DNA of 64,000 nt from Tubiluchus corallicola. Taxonomy: Eukaryota; Animalia; Priapulida. Where the stretch lies: the NCBI GenBank assembly GCA_030141605.1, contig JAQGDQ010000012.1, positions 1,196,359 through 1,260,358 of the forward strand. The letters are read 5' to 3'. Of this stretch, positions 13,658 to 25,359 are shown piece after piece (position 1 is the first letter of the stretch; each line of letters opens with the position of its first letter). The notes under the pieces were generated by a model, which saw nothing but the letters and a program-made list of their open reading frames with translations, did not search any database and was not told the DNA's origin. The translations under genes and the position numbers were made by a program.

Positions 13658-16399
13658 ATGCGTATGCCTACATAATCGCAGCTGTTAGTGGTTTAGACCA
13701 GTAGCTCTACAGTACTGGTACAGCATTATTAAAAGCCACTCTTCTCTACAGTTGCTATAAATATCTCTTCCTTCATACCGAGATGTTGTGTAACTCTTTC
13801 AGTTATCTCTAAAGATGAATCACTGACAAATGTTTGAAGCGAGAAGTCACTATAATCATTGATAAAAACCAACCCACCTACTCATTAACGAATTTAATAC
13901 TTTTATTAATAATATCCGATGACGCAATTATCATAATCATTTTTCGTTTCTTCGAGTACTTGAAATGAAATAAAGAAAAATGTTCGAGTTGTTAACCAGA
14001 AATTACCTGAATAAAGCATTATGTAAGATAATTGCGAGATAAAAAAAAATTAAGGAACTTTCGTGATTAATTTTTTTCGTAGGTTTCTGAAACTATAATT
14101 TATGTAATTAAGGGGTAATATGTTATCGTATGTGACATGTACAAATACGGGCGATATAATTCAAAAATGAGAAAAAATTCCGCACGCAAATTACATTTTT
14201 TTATCTTTTTTTTATCAATATTTTGTTTCCTGCACAGCGCAGTGCTATTTCTCATAAGTAATACATTAATCCAGTAATTAAGTAAATACAGGATTTCAAA
14301 CAAGGTGTGATCAAGATTTTTACACGGATTGCTGTTTTATCAGTATTGTCTGTAAACCGTATTATATGTAGACTTGCCGGTTAATCTATATGATTTATCA
14401 GGTGTCAGTTAACACCCTTAAGGTAGTACGATTACCTGTTGGCCCACACACAAGAAGTGTAATTATTCTGAGGTGAATCAAGTGAGGTTTTCCCTAACCG
14501 TAAGATGATTTGCGATATGAGACTTATAGTCGACTAAATCATGCTAATGCCGCGAATTTTCGCGCATGTGGTAGATTGACAGATATTAACTATACAGCCC
14601 ACACAAGTTAATACGGAGTATAAATATAAGGTCGAACTTACACATGAGCTGATAAAGTCAAATAAAGAATCGTGCAAATATAAAATGACCATCAAACAGA
14701 TTATAGATACGTCATTCATATTGAACAAAAGTACGTAGGGTTAGAGATGCCTCTTAATCTGCTATGCACAGTTACCTATCGAAAAAGTCAACTTCTTAAA
14801 CAATTGAGAACAGCTCAAATTTTATAATAAAACTCGACATGTGCAGTGTTGATTTGTGACTGTACAGCCTATTACCTGAATAATTGTACCACAATTTTGA
14901 TAACTAAAATCATGCAGCAGTCTGATATTGTAAACTTCTTGAACATCTGAAATTTGGTAAACTACCGCCAGCCTTTTATGGAAAAATGAGCTATAAATTT
15001 CAAGAAAAATGATTTCACATTAAGATTACAAATTATTTACACTATGTCTGATTAAGTAACTAGGTGTTGGGAATCACCTAATATTCTCAGTGATTTGTGT
15101 TGCAAAGAATTCATAATTTTTACAACATAAGAACAGTTTATTTACAAAGTTGACATATAAAAAAACTAACACGTTAAATTTTGGTACATTGACAATGCGC
15201 ACGCAACAAAATTGTATTAAGCTAATAGAGCGAACGCTAAAGAACGTCGGCCTTTTTGATGTTTATGCAGTGGCACTAGGTAATGCCGAAAAAACAGGCA
15301 GTGTTAACGCTTTGTAAATGTAACGTGCATGTGTGATTTTTATATTCTTACTAAATCTATTTTTTTATCAAGCTGGTGTTGGGCTACACACTGATAATTA
15401 TCGCAAATTGTAATGAAACAGTGGACAATGCTAAAATAAAAACAAATTTTGATTCTTTACTTGTAGCAATTGCACTGACAATTATTTGACAATTTTTCCG
15501 AAAATTCAATGATTTTGAAATAACTATTTTGAAAAGGCTAAAAGTTCACACTCACATACTGTAAAAACATGTAGAGAACACCGTGTTATTAAAATTAGGG
15601 GCAACGTGGTGTCGTAAATCTAAATCTAATTAATAAAGTCAATGACATAATTTTTGCAAAACATTATGTTTAGAACATTTGTTTTATTGGCCTTACTGCA
15701 CTGTAAGGATCTTTATGAATATAATTTTGCTTTGCAAGGTAACTAACAACTTGTAGAACACACTCAGGTTACACAGCGTTATCTTTGTGCTGGAGATTGT
15801 TAAACAATAAACATCAAGCCTGGTCAACAATGTGTACTTGTAGATGTTATAAGCAGAGCCCTGTATTCATTTACTACGTAAATATGTTTTCATATTTCAT
15901 CCCCTTGCGCCATCTGGCGAGTGAAAAAGTCAAAAATTTAATAACGGTGGCGCAACACAGCTAGTCAACTAATGGCATCACAAACATAGTGAGATTAACT
16001 AATTCTTTAATCGTTAGCTACAGTCAAGGTGCGATAAAGATTTCTTCGTTATCGTACTCCCTTTGTAATACCAACTTTGCTTAACCTCAAATTTTTCGCA
16101 AAGGAAAATGCGTACGCAAAGGCATGCCGGTATAATATTATATACGTCGTTACAATGCAATAATGCACCAAGTTGCCAACTTTATTTGTATCCTCAAAGT
16201 AGGCGGTATAATGAGGTTTGACTGTACGTTTATTCTGAGAGAAACTATTTTGTTGCGTACGCAACTGTGATCAGTGTACAAAAGGTTACGCGTATTAACA
16301 GCGCATAAAGAAGAAATATCGTGTTTTTTATTCTTTAATTTTTGGGATTTATTATTGCTCAAATTCAAATTCTTATTAAGAATCACCCAAGGGCACATA

Positions 16400-16720
16400 A
16401 CACAGTCGTGAAGAAAGAATAAAAATTTCTCAATCAAAGCGAATGTTATTTCATCATTATCATTAACGCATAACCTGACAAAAAGCACACAAATATTAAA
16501 CCTACTAATAACACAATATTTAATCTCGACAAAGGATTTCTCGGTCAAGGTAAATGTTATTCATGCATTCGCATTACTATCGTCATTGAATGTAATTTAA
16601 TCAACAGACAACAGCGCAAAAATTTACTCCTATCAAATAACACAAAAGTCTGTATGAGGAAGGATTTCTCAGACAAGGTGATTCTCACTCTCGTCACTAT
16701 TGTTAAGAAAGTAACGCAGT
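16400..16720. repeat. Degenerate tandem repeat, period about 110-130 bp, 2-3 copies
   Basis: Recurring core A(A/G)GATTTCTC.(G/A).CAAGG at about 16421, 16532 and 16660, with shared AATAACACAA upstream in two copies. Confidence 0.45.
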
Positions 16721-18158
16721 GATTTGATTGATTTGTTTTTTATTTTCAAATTCATAAGTGACGAAATTTATATACTGAAAGTTGCAATTTGCATGAAAGT
16801 TGTAATACAAGTACTATACTCCGTATTTACAGCTAAACGAAACCAGCTATTGCTAAAAAAAACGCACAGTTCGGCAGTGAGTCGCAAGAACAACCAATTT
16901 ATGCTATCAAACAGGAAAGCAAGTAAATGAAAATATAAAACAAGTAAAATAGCACGTAGGTTATAACTACTGCTTTACAATCTTAGAATGTAACCACAAA
17001 ACACAGCGTGTTAAAGCATTTATGATGACTGCTTTGATGATTAGTGTTAAAATACAGTTTGACCATAATAGTTAACTTCCATTTGCCATGATATAACTCA
17101 ATCATGCAAAATTATGAAGCCAAAAAATAATAAAGTGCATTAATAGTATTAAAATAAATAAATAATAGTAAAATGAAATAATTTTTCAATAAAAAAGCAA
17201 GCACGGGTATTGTTAGAGTTTAAAATAAAATGTTAAAAGTTTTCCTTATAAATTATAATTTAGACGTGGAATGTTGCCATGGCTATGTGACCACCCAAAC
17301 TAGTTATTTAATCTAATCACAATATGTAGGTACTGAACAGGCCATAATCTGTGCATGCATCTACTCATAATATGTAGGACTGAACAGACCAACAGAAGCC
17401 AGCATCAACTAGAAAGCCTAGTACTACAGTAAATTTTAGAACATTGTTGAAGAATTTAGTTATATATAAGCGGAGTTAGTAGACAATCTAATCTAAGAAA
17501 AAATCAAATTATCAGTTAACATGAATGTTCGAAAATTGAACTTGAATGTAAACAGTAACCACAACAATACTTATAATAGTAAATAATGTGATGTAATTAT
17601 GACAACTGTCAATTGATTAATATAGGGCATATACTACTATACTTCAAGTTTAACTTAAGGAAAAAAGCTTTGGTAATTTTACAGCTTAAGCAGGTACCTC
17701 AAAAAAGCACAAGAGTCACTAACATGTAATAGCATACAACAAACTTAATTTAAATGAGACCAAAATATGTGGAATGCATGCCAGTAATCTAATGAATATA
17801 GTATGACCAAAATCAATGAAATGGTTTAAGAACAACACAAGATCGCTATTTGGCAAAGAGCAGATGCCAGATTAAATAGATTCAGATTAAATAGTAAAAT
17901 TCACATTAATAGAAAAGACTGATTACTAAAATTTGGTTATCATTAACAACACCATGCTAAATCACATAAAAGTAAAACCCTCCTCAACAAAAATATAAAA
18001 AGTATCAACTGAAGGCTTACAACTGAAAAACTAAACTCAAACAGGTATGTATTACAGCTGCAGAATTAGAAGTAGTACATGTACTAGCTGATAGACTATA
18101 CATATCAGCATAATTAGAATTATCAACAAGTCTAAAAGCAAAGTAAATACAAATGATA

Positions 18159-18164
18159 TTTATT
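18159..18164 (-). terminator. Candidate polyadenylation signal for ADA2/ADGF
   Basis: AATAAA on the minus strand about 260 nt after the stop codon; weak evidence in AT-rich DNA. Confidence 0.3.
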
Positions 18165-18426
18165 CACGTTATCGTGCAAATAAAGTAACATATATACAAA
18201 GGCATACAGGATATATAAAAGGGATGAAATGCGATAATGATGCACCATACAGACAACACTGACAATGGGGCAATATAAATGATTTTAAGAAAATATAACT
18301 TTCAAAAAGCTCTTTGAATTTTAATTAAATGTATTTATAATACTGCAAATATTATTCGTGAACCCAAAATGCATGCAAGTATTTGCAAACCAAAGTACAC
18401 CTAGGAAAATGATGGTTTTGATTACT

Positions 18427-19998
18427 TTACACTTTTTGCGAGTATTCATCAACTACTTCTTGCAGAAATATTATCCACTTTCTTTGCCACAAATTATAAG
18501 CCTTCTCCTTCTCCTGTTCAGATAGGGTACTGTATTTGATAGAGTTGAGAGAAAGTTTCTTAAGTGTTGCCAAGTTGGCATCTTGACCAGCTATGCCCAT
18601 GAAAAACTCATAGAAATCATAGGACAGTCCACTGGCACCCCATAATGGAGGATCATCAGATCCAATTACCATGGGATGATCCTGCGCAAATAAAGTACTA
18701 GCTGGGTGGTTTTGCAAATTATTGACTAGGCCCAAGACTTGGTTTGATATTGGACACAGTTCAATGGGTATGTCTTTATCTTTTGTTACTTTAATGCACA
18801 TTGGGTGTTTTGTAATCGCATAACCATGTCCAATGCGTTTGGTATTAAGTAGTATAGCATCTATGAGATTTCTGTCAGAGGATGTGCCAAAATCATTAGT
18901 CTCGCCAGCGTGGAAGAAATATGGCAAGTCAACTGGGGGATTTAATGTAGACGGATACAGCAATTCATTTCGAAATTCATAAAGTGGCATTCCTAAATCC
19001 TCTTGACCAACTAGATCAAATCCTGTAAAAATATCCGGATAATTTTTCTGAAATGAAAGAGACTGTTTAACACATTCCAGAACAACCTCTTTTGAAGCTA
19101 CTCTGTGAATACAATATTGAAGTTTTGCACCAATAAAGTCTGTATTATCATTAACAAATTGTTTTGTCGTTTCATCGTACAATTTGAGTGCCCATTCCAA
19201 ATCATGAGTACTACCATCTAATTCATATACACCACCTGCTCCCAGTAAGGATCTAAATTCCAGAAACATTACATTGTCAGCATGAAATTCTGCTAAACCG
19301 GCATAATAATAATCTCTGAATACTGGAGCATAAAAAATCAAACCAATTATGGTGCCAAAAATCTGTTCGAAACGTTTCCAAACAACGTCTATATTAGGAT
19401 ACACCTTCTCTGGTTCAGCAACAAACAATGTCAGTTTACTGCTTAACCATTCATCAAACTCAGCAACATTCCTTGCTGCCTTACGCTCATCTGCTACAAG
19501 TTTCCATTCGCAATCATTCTCTTTTGCTGGAGGAGTAAGAGAAAACCGGAACTGCAGATTGTCTTTGCCAACACACATATAGCAATGCTCGCGATACGTA
19601 GCATTCTTTACAAGCCAGTCACCAGATGTGATAGCTAAGTCGTGAGTGTGCAAACACCCACCTTTTGGCATCTTTCTAATTATTCTGAAAACACGACTGT
19701 CATCTATTAGTTTTTTTGCACGGAAGAAATGCATGGCAGGTGGAAACAAGCGAGTCTTTTTAGCAGCCTCGAACTCGTCCAACTTTTCCCTGTTCAATAT
19801 TTCAGACACACGCTGTTCCAAACCAAACAAGTTTTCTCCTCCACCTAGCTGAAGCGATAACTCTTTTGAAAGAATATTCTTCCTCTTATCGTCGTAACTT
19901 CCCATGTTATTTAGCAAGCTCATCAGCACTAAACATAATCGTAGAACAGCACCGTATCGTTTTTTTCCTAGTCCAGCAATTGCGTCCCTGCACGCCAT
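18427..19998 (-). CDS. ADA2: Adenosine deaminase 2 / ADGF (CECR1) family protein, 523 aa, no coding introns
   Basis: ADGF N-terminal motif FPPAMHFF.AK..I..S.VF.II..MPKG; Zn ligands LHTHD and FFHAGET; GFDLVGQED; RIGHG; ELCPISNQVL; SDDP. Catalytic motifs intact. Confidence 0.96.
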   Translation of the reverse strand: MACRDAIAGLGKKRYGAVLRLCLVLMSLLNNMGSYDDKRKNILSKELSLQLGGGENLFGLEQRVSEILNREKLDEFEAAKKTRLFPPAMHFFRAKKLIDDSRVFRIIRKMPKGGCLHTHDLAITSGDWLVKNATYREHCYMCVGKDNLQFRFSLTPPAKENDCEWKLVADERKAARNVAEFDEWLSSKLTLFVAEPEKVYPNIDVVWKRFEQIFGTIIGLIFYAPVFRDYYYAGLAEFHADNVMFLEFRSLLGAGGVYELDGSTHDLEWALKLYDETTKQFVNDNTDFIGAKLQYCIHRVASKEVVLECVKQSLSFQKNYPDIFTGFDLVGQEDLGMPLYEFRNELLYPSTLNPPVDLPYFFHAGETNDFGTSSDRNLIDAILLNTKRIGHGYAITKHPMCIKVTKDKDIPIELCPISNQVLGLVNNLQNHPASTLFAQDHPMVIGSDDPPLWGASGLSYDFYEFFMGIAGQDANLATLKKLSLNSIKYSTLSEQEKEKAYNLWQRKWIIFLQEVVDEYSQKV

Positions 19999-21250
19999 AA
20001 CGAAAAACTGGTTTCAAAAACGAAATTCCTAGCGCTGTCGTGAGCGAACACGTCGTTACCAAGTAGAAACATCATTGTCGATGAGAACAATCACTGTTTT
20101 TTTATTTTTAGCGACAAATTTCAAACCACATTTTGCACTTAAGAGGCTAATTTCACGACAAATCTATAAACTTTTCTCTGCTATTCTCACCATATCATTA
20201 AATAACCGGAAGACATGCTGTACTTCCTCAGGCCACTTGACCTTCTTGACACTTCTGAAACCCTGCACTGCGCTGCTGCTGCAGTGCTGTACGTCTTAAT
20301 TCTTAACGACCTCTATAACATCACACAACATGCACGTGCGCATACATGACCAGCTCGGCTCGCTGCTCCTTTGCAACGCACAGCGTCATCTATTATACTC
20401 AAATAAATTTAAATCAATATGGTTATTTATCTATGTCGATTGCTGAGCACTATGCATTTTCATGCTCCGCTTGGCCAAGTGCTTGTTGTAAATTTCGGTT
20501 AGTCGGAATTCGGAACTTGCAACAAGTTCATCGGTCGTAGTAGATTAGTATGGTGTGGCCGTAGTTCACTCACGTGTCAGGCATCACACACCAGCTCTCA
20601 GTCACTCACGACTGTTTGTTGACCCAATTTACTTGCGCTCATCTATATTATCCTACTCATTGATTCATTTACTCATTGATTTACTCTACTCATCTACTCC
20701 TTGATCATACATCCACCCATTGACTCGTGCATTAAAAGAAAAGCCAAGGCTATTGGGTGAACTTATTTTAATATTTGAGAAAAATATTAATAAGTTTCAG
20801 CATTAAAACTCTGGTAAGCGTCTTGTGTAATTAATAAAATCAATTTAAAATCGCGATAATTTCATGTATGGGCGCGTTCATTTGAACGAAGAATAACCAT
20901 GTGGTTATCGTGCAAAATAAACACCTATCCATCCGGCATCCAGGTGCTGGAACAAACTAATGCAGCTGCAGTTACTATTATCAACTACAAACAATCCAAA
21001 ACGTTAAACGAGAAATAATTAATACTGTTTATCTCGCTACTCAGTATCTAATAAAAAGCAATCACCGAAGAAACAATCACCATGGAATTAACCCCGTGAA
21101 AGTAATAAAATAAACTAAAACCGAACTCAATAAATTAAGTAATTGCAGTGCGAGTGAAACTACAGACGCTTTGCAACGCGTGCTTTCACAACATTCACGT
21201 TGCCACCAGCTTACGTCATTTTTTCAGATATGCCTGCAGCGAGGTTTGTT

Positions 21251-21801
21251 CAGAGATGAGCGGATCACAGTCTGCGGCGTGGATTGAACCAACCAAGATT
21301 TGCAACAGTTTTTGCAGATCGGACCGAACTACAGATTTGTTATTGAAAATAATGCGGATGGCATAAAACATTTTTTTATCACTGTTAATCGCCGAAGTGC
21401 AGTCTGTGTTTAGTAAATGAGTCCGTTTTTATTTTATCCTGCTGATATTTACTGTCATTCTCAATTAATTTGTTTGTTTTGTTTTCCTGATGAGAACAGA
21501 CTGCAAACAACAATTTTTTTATTTTTTATCACACGTACTGCAGCTGCGCGTTTTTCAAAATGTAAGTTATCGTTGTACAAGATTTTTTGGTAAAAGAATT
21601 AACTTTTGATTAAAGTTAGCTTTTTGAGCAGGATTGCTAATTTGAAATTTTGCGAATCGGGCAGGAGTTCGATTCACAAATTGAAAAGTTCAGTGGCGGG
21701 AGCAAAATGCCGCTTTAAATGCAGTTCAAGCGGACTGCGGATTTGCAATTTACGGACCGATTTGTTGCGGACTGAGAAATTAGCCGATCCCTCCACTCAC
21801 G
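21251..21801. mobile_element. Degraded hAT-like non-autonomous element
   Basis: Starts CAGAGATGAGCGGATC; GCGGA/CGGAT subterminal motifs at both ends; right TIR only about half matching; flanks GGTTTGTT / TGTTCGTT match 6/8. Confidence 0.35.
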
Positions 21802-22336
21802 TGTTCGTTTGGCGGGCGGGAGATGAGAATAATTTAAATTTCTTTTGCATTTTTAAGTTCAGATTGTGTGATAATTTCGATTTTTTCAATTATTGCATAT
21901 TAATTTTTTGGAATACTGCATAACATTCTGATTCAGAAAGAACAAAAAGCATTTGCGTTGCAATTAATTCCAAAAACAACTGTGTTCTCCTTCAAATTAA
22001 CCTGATGTTCAACGAATTTTGAAGACTACTACGTAGAGGGCAACACAAGTCCTTGCAAAGATGCAAAAGTAACTTGATCACTAAACAAACAGTTAAACTA
22101 ATTAAGCGATCAGACTAACATCATAAATTTTGAAAAATATTTTGCCAGAAATTGACACCTCAGCACACGGAGCGTCGTTCACACATAACAGCAAGTGCAT
22201 CAACAAATTGACAATAGCGTCAAACTATAGAAAAATGTATATGTATATAATTACATATGATTACAAAAATCGGGGTTGCACTAGTCTTACCTCTTTGGGG
22301 CAGCTAAAAAAGCTAAAAACGTAAACGTGCACTTAC

Positions 22337-22468
22337 CTTAAAACTGCTGTTGAATTCTACTAGTCCATCTCTGTCTGCATCCACATCTATTGAGATCATA
22401 ACTGATGTGATGTGCACTTCCGCTTGAGATATCAATTCATTGCGCGATGTTTTATAATTATAAATGAC
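22337..22468 (-). CDS. PADI: PAD-like gene, coding exon 5 (132 nt, phase 0/0)
   Basis: Acceptor ttatctttttgcgattgtAG, donor AAG|GTAAGT. Encodes VIYNYKTSRNELISQAEVHITSVMISIDVDADRDGLVEFNSSFK, matching recalled human PADI2 VTVNYY...QAGLFLTAIEISLDVDADRDGVVEKNNPKK. Confidence 0.9.
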
Positions 22469-23133
22469 CTACAATCGCAAAAAGATAAATAATCGCTTAT
22501 TCGGTCTACTATTTATTAGCAAGCTTATTAGTCAAATAATATTACATACACATTAGCGTTATTCAAAATATAAAAGTAAAATAAAAATAAAAACAAATAC
22601 TTCAAAAATTACTATAAATGCAAGAGACTCCAGAAGCGCATAATTGCTTATTAACGACAAGGGCCACCATATAACACAGTCAATACTAGTCGTACACTGT
22701 ACAATATTGTACACTAGTCGTTACTGTACAATAAATAAAGAAGAAAATAATCGATCTATTTACATACATGCCTAATTAAAATAACATGACATGATCACCT
22801 AATTATTTAGCAAATAATGCTTGTGTTTATTTTTAAATCTAGAATTTAATTAGTTGGGCTTCGAATTTCAATTCCATTTCAGTCAATTCAATAGATTTAT
22901 TTGTCCCTTTGTGTTACATAATAAAGTACGCTGCATAATCATTGACTAACAAATGGAAACAGAAACGAGGCGGCGAAAAATCTAAAGTCACCTAAGCTGC
23001 CACCCCCATACCACCATCAATATTCATATTTGAATGCCATGTTATTTTTCGTGATATAGTATGAGTGCTTGGCTGCAGTATTTTCATTTATAGATGACTC
23101 TACCATATGCAATATCTATCACAGCTTTCCTAT

Positions 23134-23309
23134 TAGTCTGGTCTGTTAAGGCCAAATGTTGATGAAATGGGGACTGACTGGATACAGTTACCAAACTTTC
23201 AGGAATGTACTATTTGTACCATTTTGACCTAAAATGGCCTAAAAACATTCCTGGAAATTTGGTAGCTGTATCCAATCAGTCCCCTTTTTTCGGCTGACAG
23301 ACCAGACTG
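23134..23309. mobile_element. Palindromic MITE (about 176 bp), probably Tc1/mariner-type, in PAD intron 4
   Basis: AGTCTGGTCTGT / ACAGACCAGACT termini and a second inverted block GGGGACTGACTGGATACAGTTACCAAACTTTCAGGAATGT / ACATTCCTGGAAATTTGGTAGCTGTATCCAATCAGTCCCC; TA near both flanks. Confidence 0.8.
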
Positions 23310-23584
23310 TATTGCACACTTCAACTTCTACAATGAAATAAACACTTTTTGCGAGCAATTTTGTGCATATTGTGTCCGTTGCCACTGGTTCTAGCTTTAT
23401 TTTGTTTTGCTTACGGCACCTCAAGTAAAAGAAAATTGTTATCAACGTGCAACGACGAGCATTATTAAATTTAATGTCGGATAAAATGTTTTGAAAATGT
23501 AGGATGGCTCGCGCTGCGCAGCCTAGTTTTTATAACGATATTGCACACTGCACCAACACATTTACGTATGCTGTGCAGTTTTCT

Positions 23585-24562
23585 CGTGGCGCGGTGAAAA
23601 TGGCACGGTAAAGTGGCACGCAAAAAATGGCACAAATATAAAAGCAGGTAAAAGCAAGGCACGTATTTTGGTGCAATTGATTTTCATAATAAAACTAGAA
23701 TGCACTCAATAGGAAGCAGATCTCTACCAAAGTTGAACAATCCTAAACTTATTCGACTGATTCTTTAGATTAAAAAAATTAACAAAAAGATAAACAAGCA
23801 AATATACAAAAATGTGCCAGTATTGGTATTATATAGAGTAGCAAAAGGCTAATATTTGTTTATTAAACAGATTTATAATCAATAATGCACGAATGTTAAA
23901 CATAGTGTTTATCTCCCTTTTTAAAATTAATTTTGGCGATGGTAATAGACTGACAAATGTATACGTATTTACATACCAAATCACCTTATAACGCTATACA
24001 CATTAATAAGCAAAGGTTGTAGACAGCGCTACACAGTTTTACAAGCGAGAATTTCTCGAAATGGAACTGGAACTAACTCGTAGTTGTTTGTCTAGGTGGA
24101 GATAATAAAAAATAAGTATTAAACACTCCCACTGAGACCTTCACAAAATGCCTCACGAATGTTTTTTATATGTGGTGTTCGGTTAAGTTTTGCGAAAAAA
24201 GAACTGGCGAAAAGATTCCCAATTTGGTACCCTAAACCCCGCCTTTCTTCACAAGGTTTCTTGGAAATCTGTTAGATAGTTTTTGCGTAATAGGCTTACT
24301 GTTGTAACAGACGAAAAAACCAAACAAACAAACTATGTTGAATCATGACTTCCTTGGCAGAGGTAAAAATAAGTAAAATAATTATCCCCCACTGTAAACC
24401 TAACCCTAAACACAGATTTTACAAAGTGTGCCATTTCTTCCTGTGCTATTTTTACCTACGCCATTTTACTTTTTTTTCCATTTGTGCCATTCTTTCATGT
24501 GCCATTTTTACCATGCCATTTTTACTGTGCCATTTTTAGCTGTGCCATTTTACCTACACATT
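23585..24562. mobile_element. Non-autonomous DNA element with inverted terminal arrays of AAAATGGCAC (Mutator-like)
   Basis: AAAATGGCAC repeats at 23597-23662 face GTGCCATTTT repeats at 24428-24551; CCTAACCCTAA at about 24399; flanking direct repeat CAGTTTTC at 23576 and 24563. Confidence 0.65.
23694..24365 (-). mobile_element. Helentron/DINE-1-like non-autonomous element nested in the previous element
   Basis: Minus strand starts TTACCTCTGCCAAGGAAGT, then a (GTTT)n microsatellite, and ends CTTTGGTAGAGAT...GAGTGCATTCTAGTTTT: subterminal inverted repeat, CTAG end, inserted in an A/T run. Confidence 0.65.
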
Positions 24563-24625
24563 CAGTTTTCGCGCTAGATTCTGAGGTTTTTAATGATAAT
24601 CGTAGAAGAAACTTATCCCAGGTAC

Positions 24626-24770
24626 CTTTATATCATCTAAGCTCTTGCTGGCGTTATGCACATGTATAAAAGAAATAGGAGCGGTAGGATAAAAAATGTC
24701 TACGCTAACTCGCGAGGCGGCATCATAACCTTCGACTTCTGCATTGATAGTTGTAATGAGTGATGTTGCC
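24626..24770 (-). CDS. PADI: PAD-like gene, coding exon 4 (145 nt, phase 2/0)
   Basis: Acceptor ttttgatctctattttAG, donor AAG|GTACCT; open frame (G)ATSLITTINAEVEGYDAASRVSVDIFYPTAPISFIHVHNASKSLDDIK ending in AS....D.K as PAD exon 2 does; phases fit both neighbours. Confidence 0.78.
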
Positions 24771-25269
24771 CTAAAATAGAGATCAAAATAAGCATTGTAA
24801 CTTCACTTGTGCAAAACGCCATAAAGTCCGTTTTATTTTTTTTACCGATAGATGGAGCAATGTGCTTTTTGTTTCCTGCTGACTGAGCGTAGCATGTTAC
24901 TCACCTCAGCTTACTACCTCATACTAATGTTAGTTCTTACTCTTCCAAAAAGATGAAAAGTTAAAGATTAATGGTGAACGTCAAAGTAAAATTGGACTAG
25001 GTGTAGTCTGTTTGTTTAGTGCTAGTGGGGACTGTTCGTTTAGTTGTTTTTATACAAGATGCGATGTCTAGAAATCTATGTACAGTAGTTATATTCTCAC
25101 TCTTTAATATAATAAATAATTTTACTAGTGGCTTTAACTAATGTTTAAGACTAATAACTTCATGGACTTTTGTGTTCTGCATTCTCTATATAGCTATAGA
25201 CAAAAATAAGATTTAGGCATATTAGTCTATTCGACTGCATATTAACGAAAAATACTAAACGTTACTCAC

Positions 25270-25359
25270 CCTGTCAGCTTAACACAAGTTTTCTGCCCAA
25301 CAACATTGAGGACGTGCGACACGAGTCCAAATTTGAGTTCAACGATTCTCTGTCTTGAA
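25270..25359 (-). CDS. PADI: PAD-like gene, coding exon 3 (90 nt, phase 2/2)
   Basis: Acceptor ttttatattactctAG, donor GG|GTGAGT; only one open frame, SRQRIVELKFGLVSHVLNVVGQKTCVKLT, aligning with recalled PADI2 N-terminus LRERTVRLQYGSRVEAVYVLGT. Confidence 0.82.

Noticed and set aside
14435-14533. Minus-strand frame LISQIILRLGKTSLDSPQN resembling PAD motifs SQMILR and LDSPR
   Set aside because: The two motifs are far apart in real PADs, the acceptor is weak and the phase does not fit; likely chance.
24399-24409. CCTAACCCTAA telomere-like motif
   Set aside because: Under two units and inside a transposon-like element.
24428-24551. Short repeated GTGCCATTTT units as a CRISPR-like array
   Set aside because: No unique spacers; about 14-15 bp period; inverted counterpart at 23.6 kb indicates transposon termini.
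24899-24930. Extra minus-strand donor GAG|GTGAGT inside PAD intron 3 (possible micro-exon)
   Set aside because: No convincing acceptor with a pyrimidine tract; not needed for frame.
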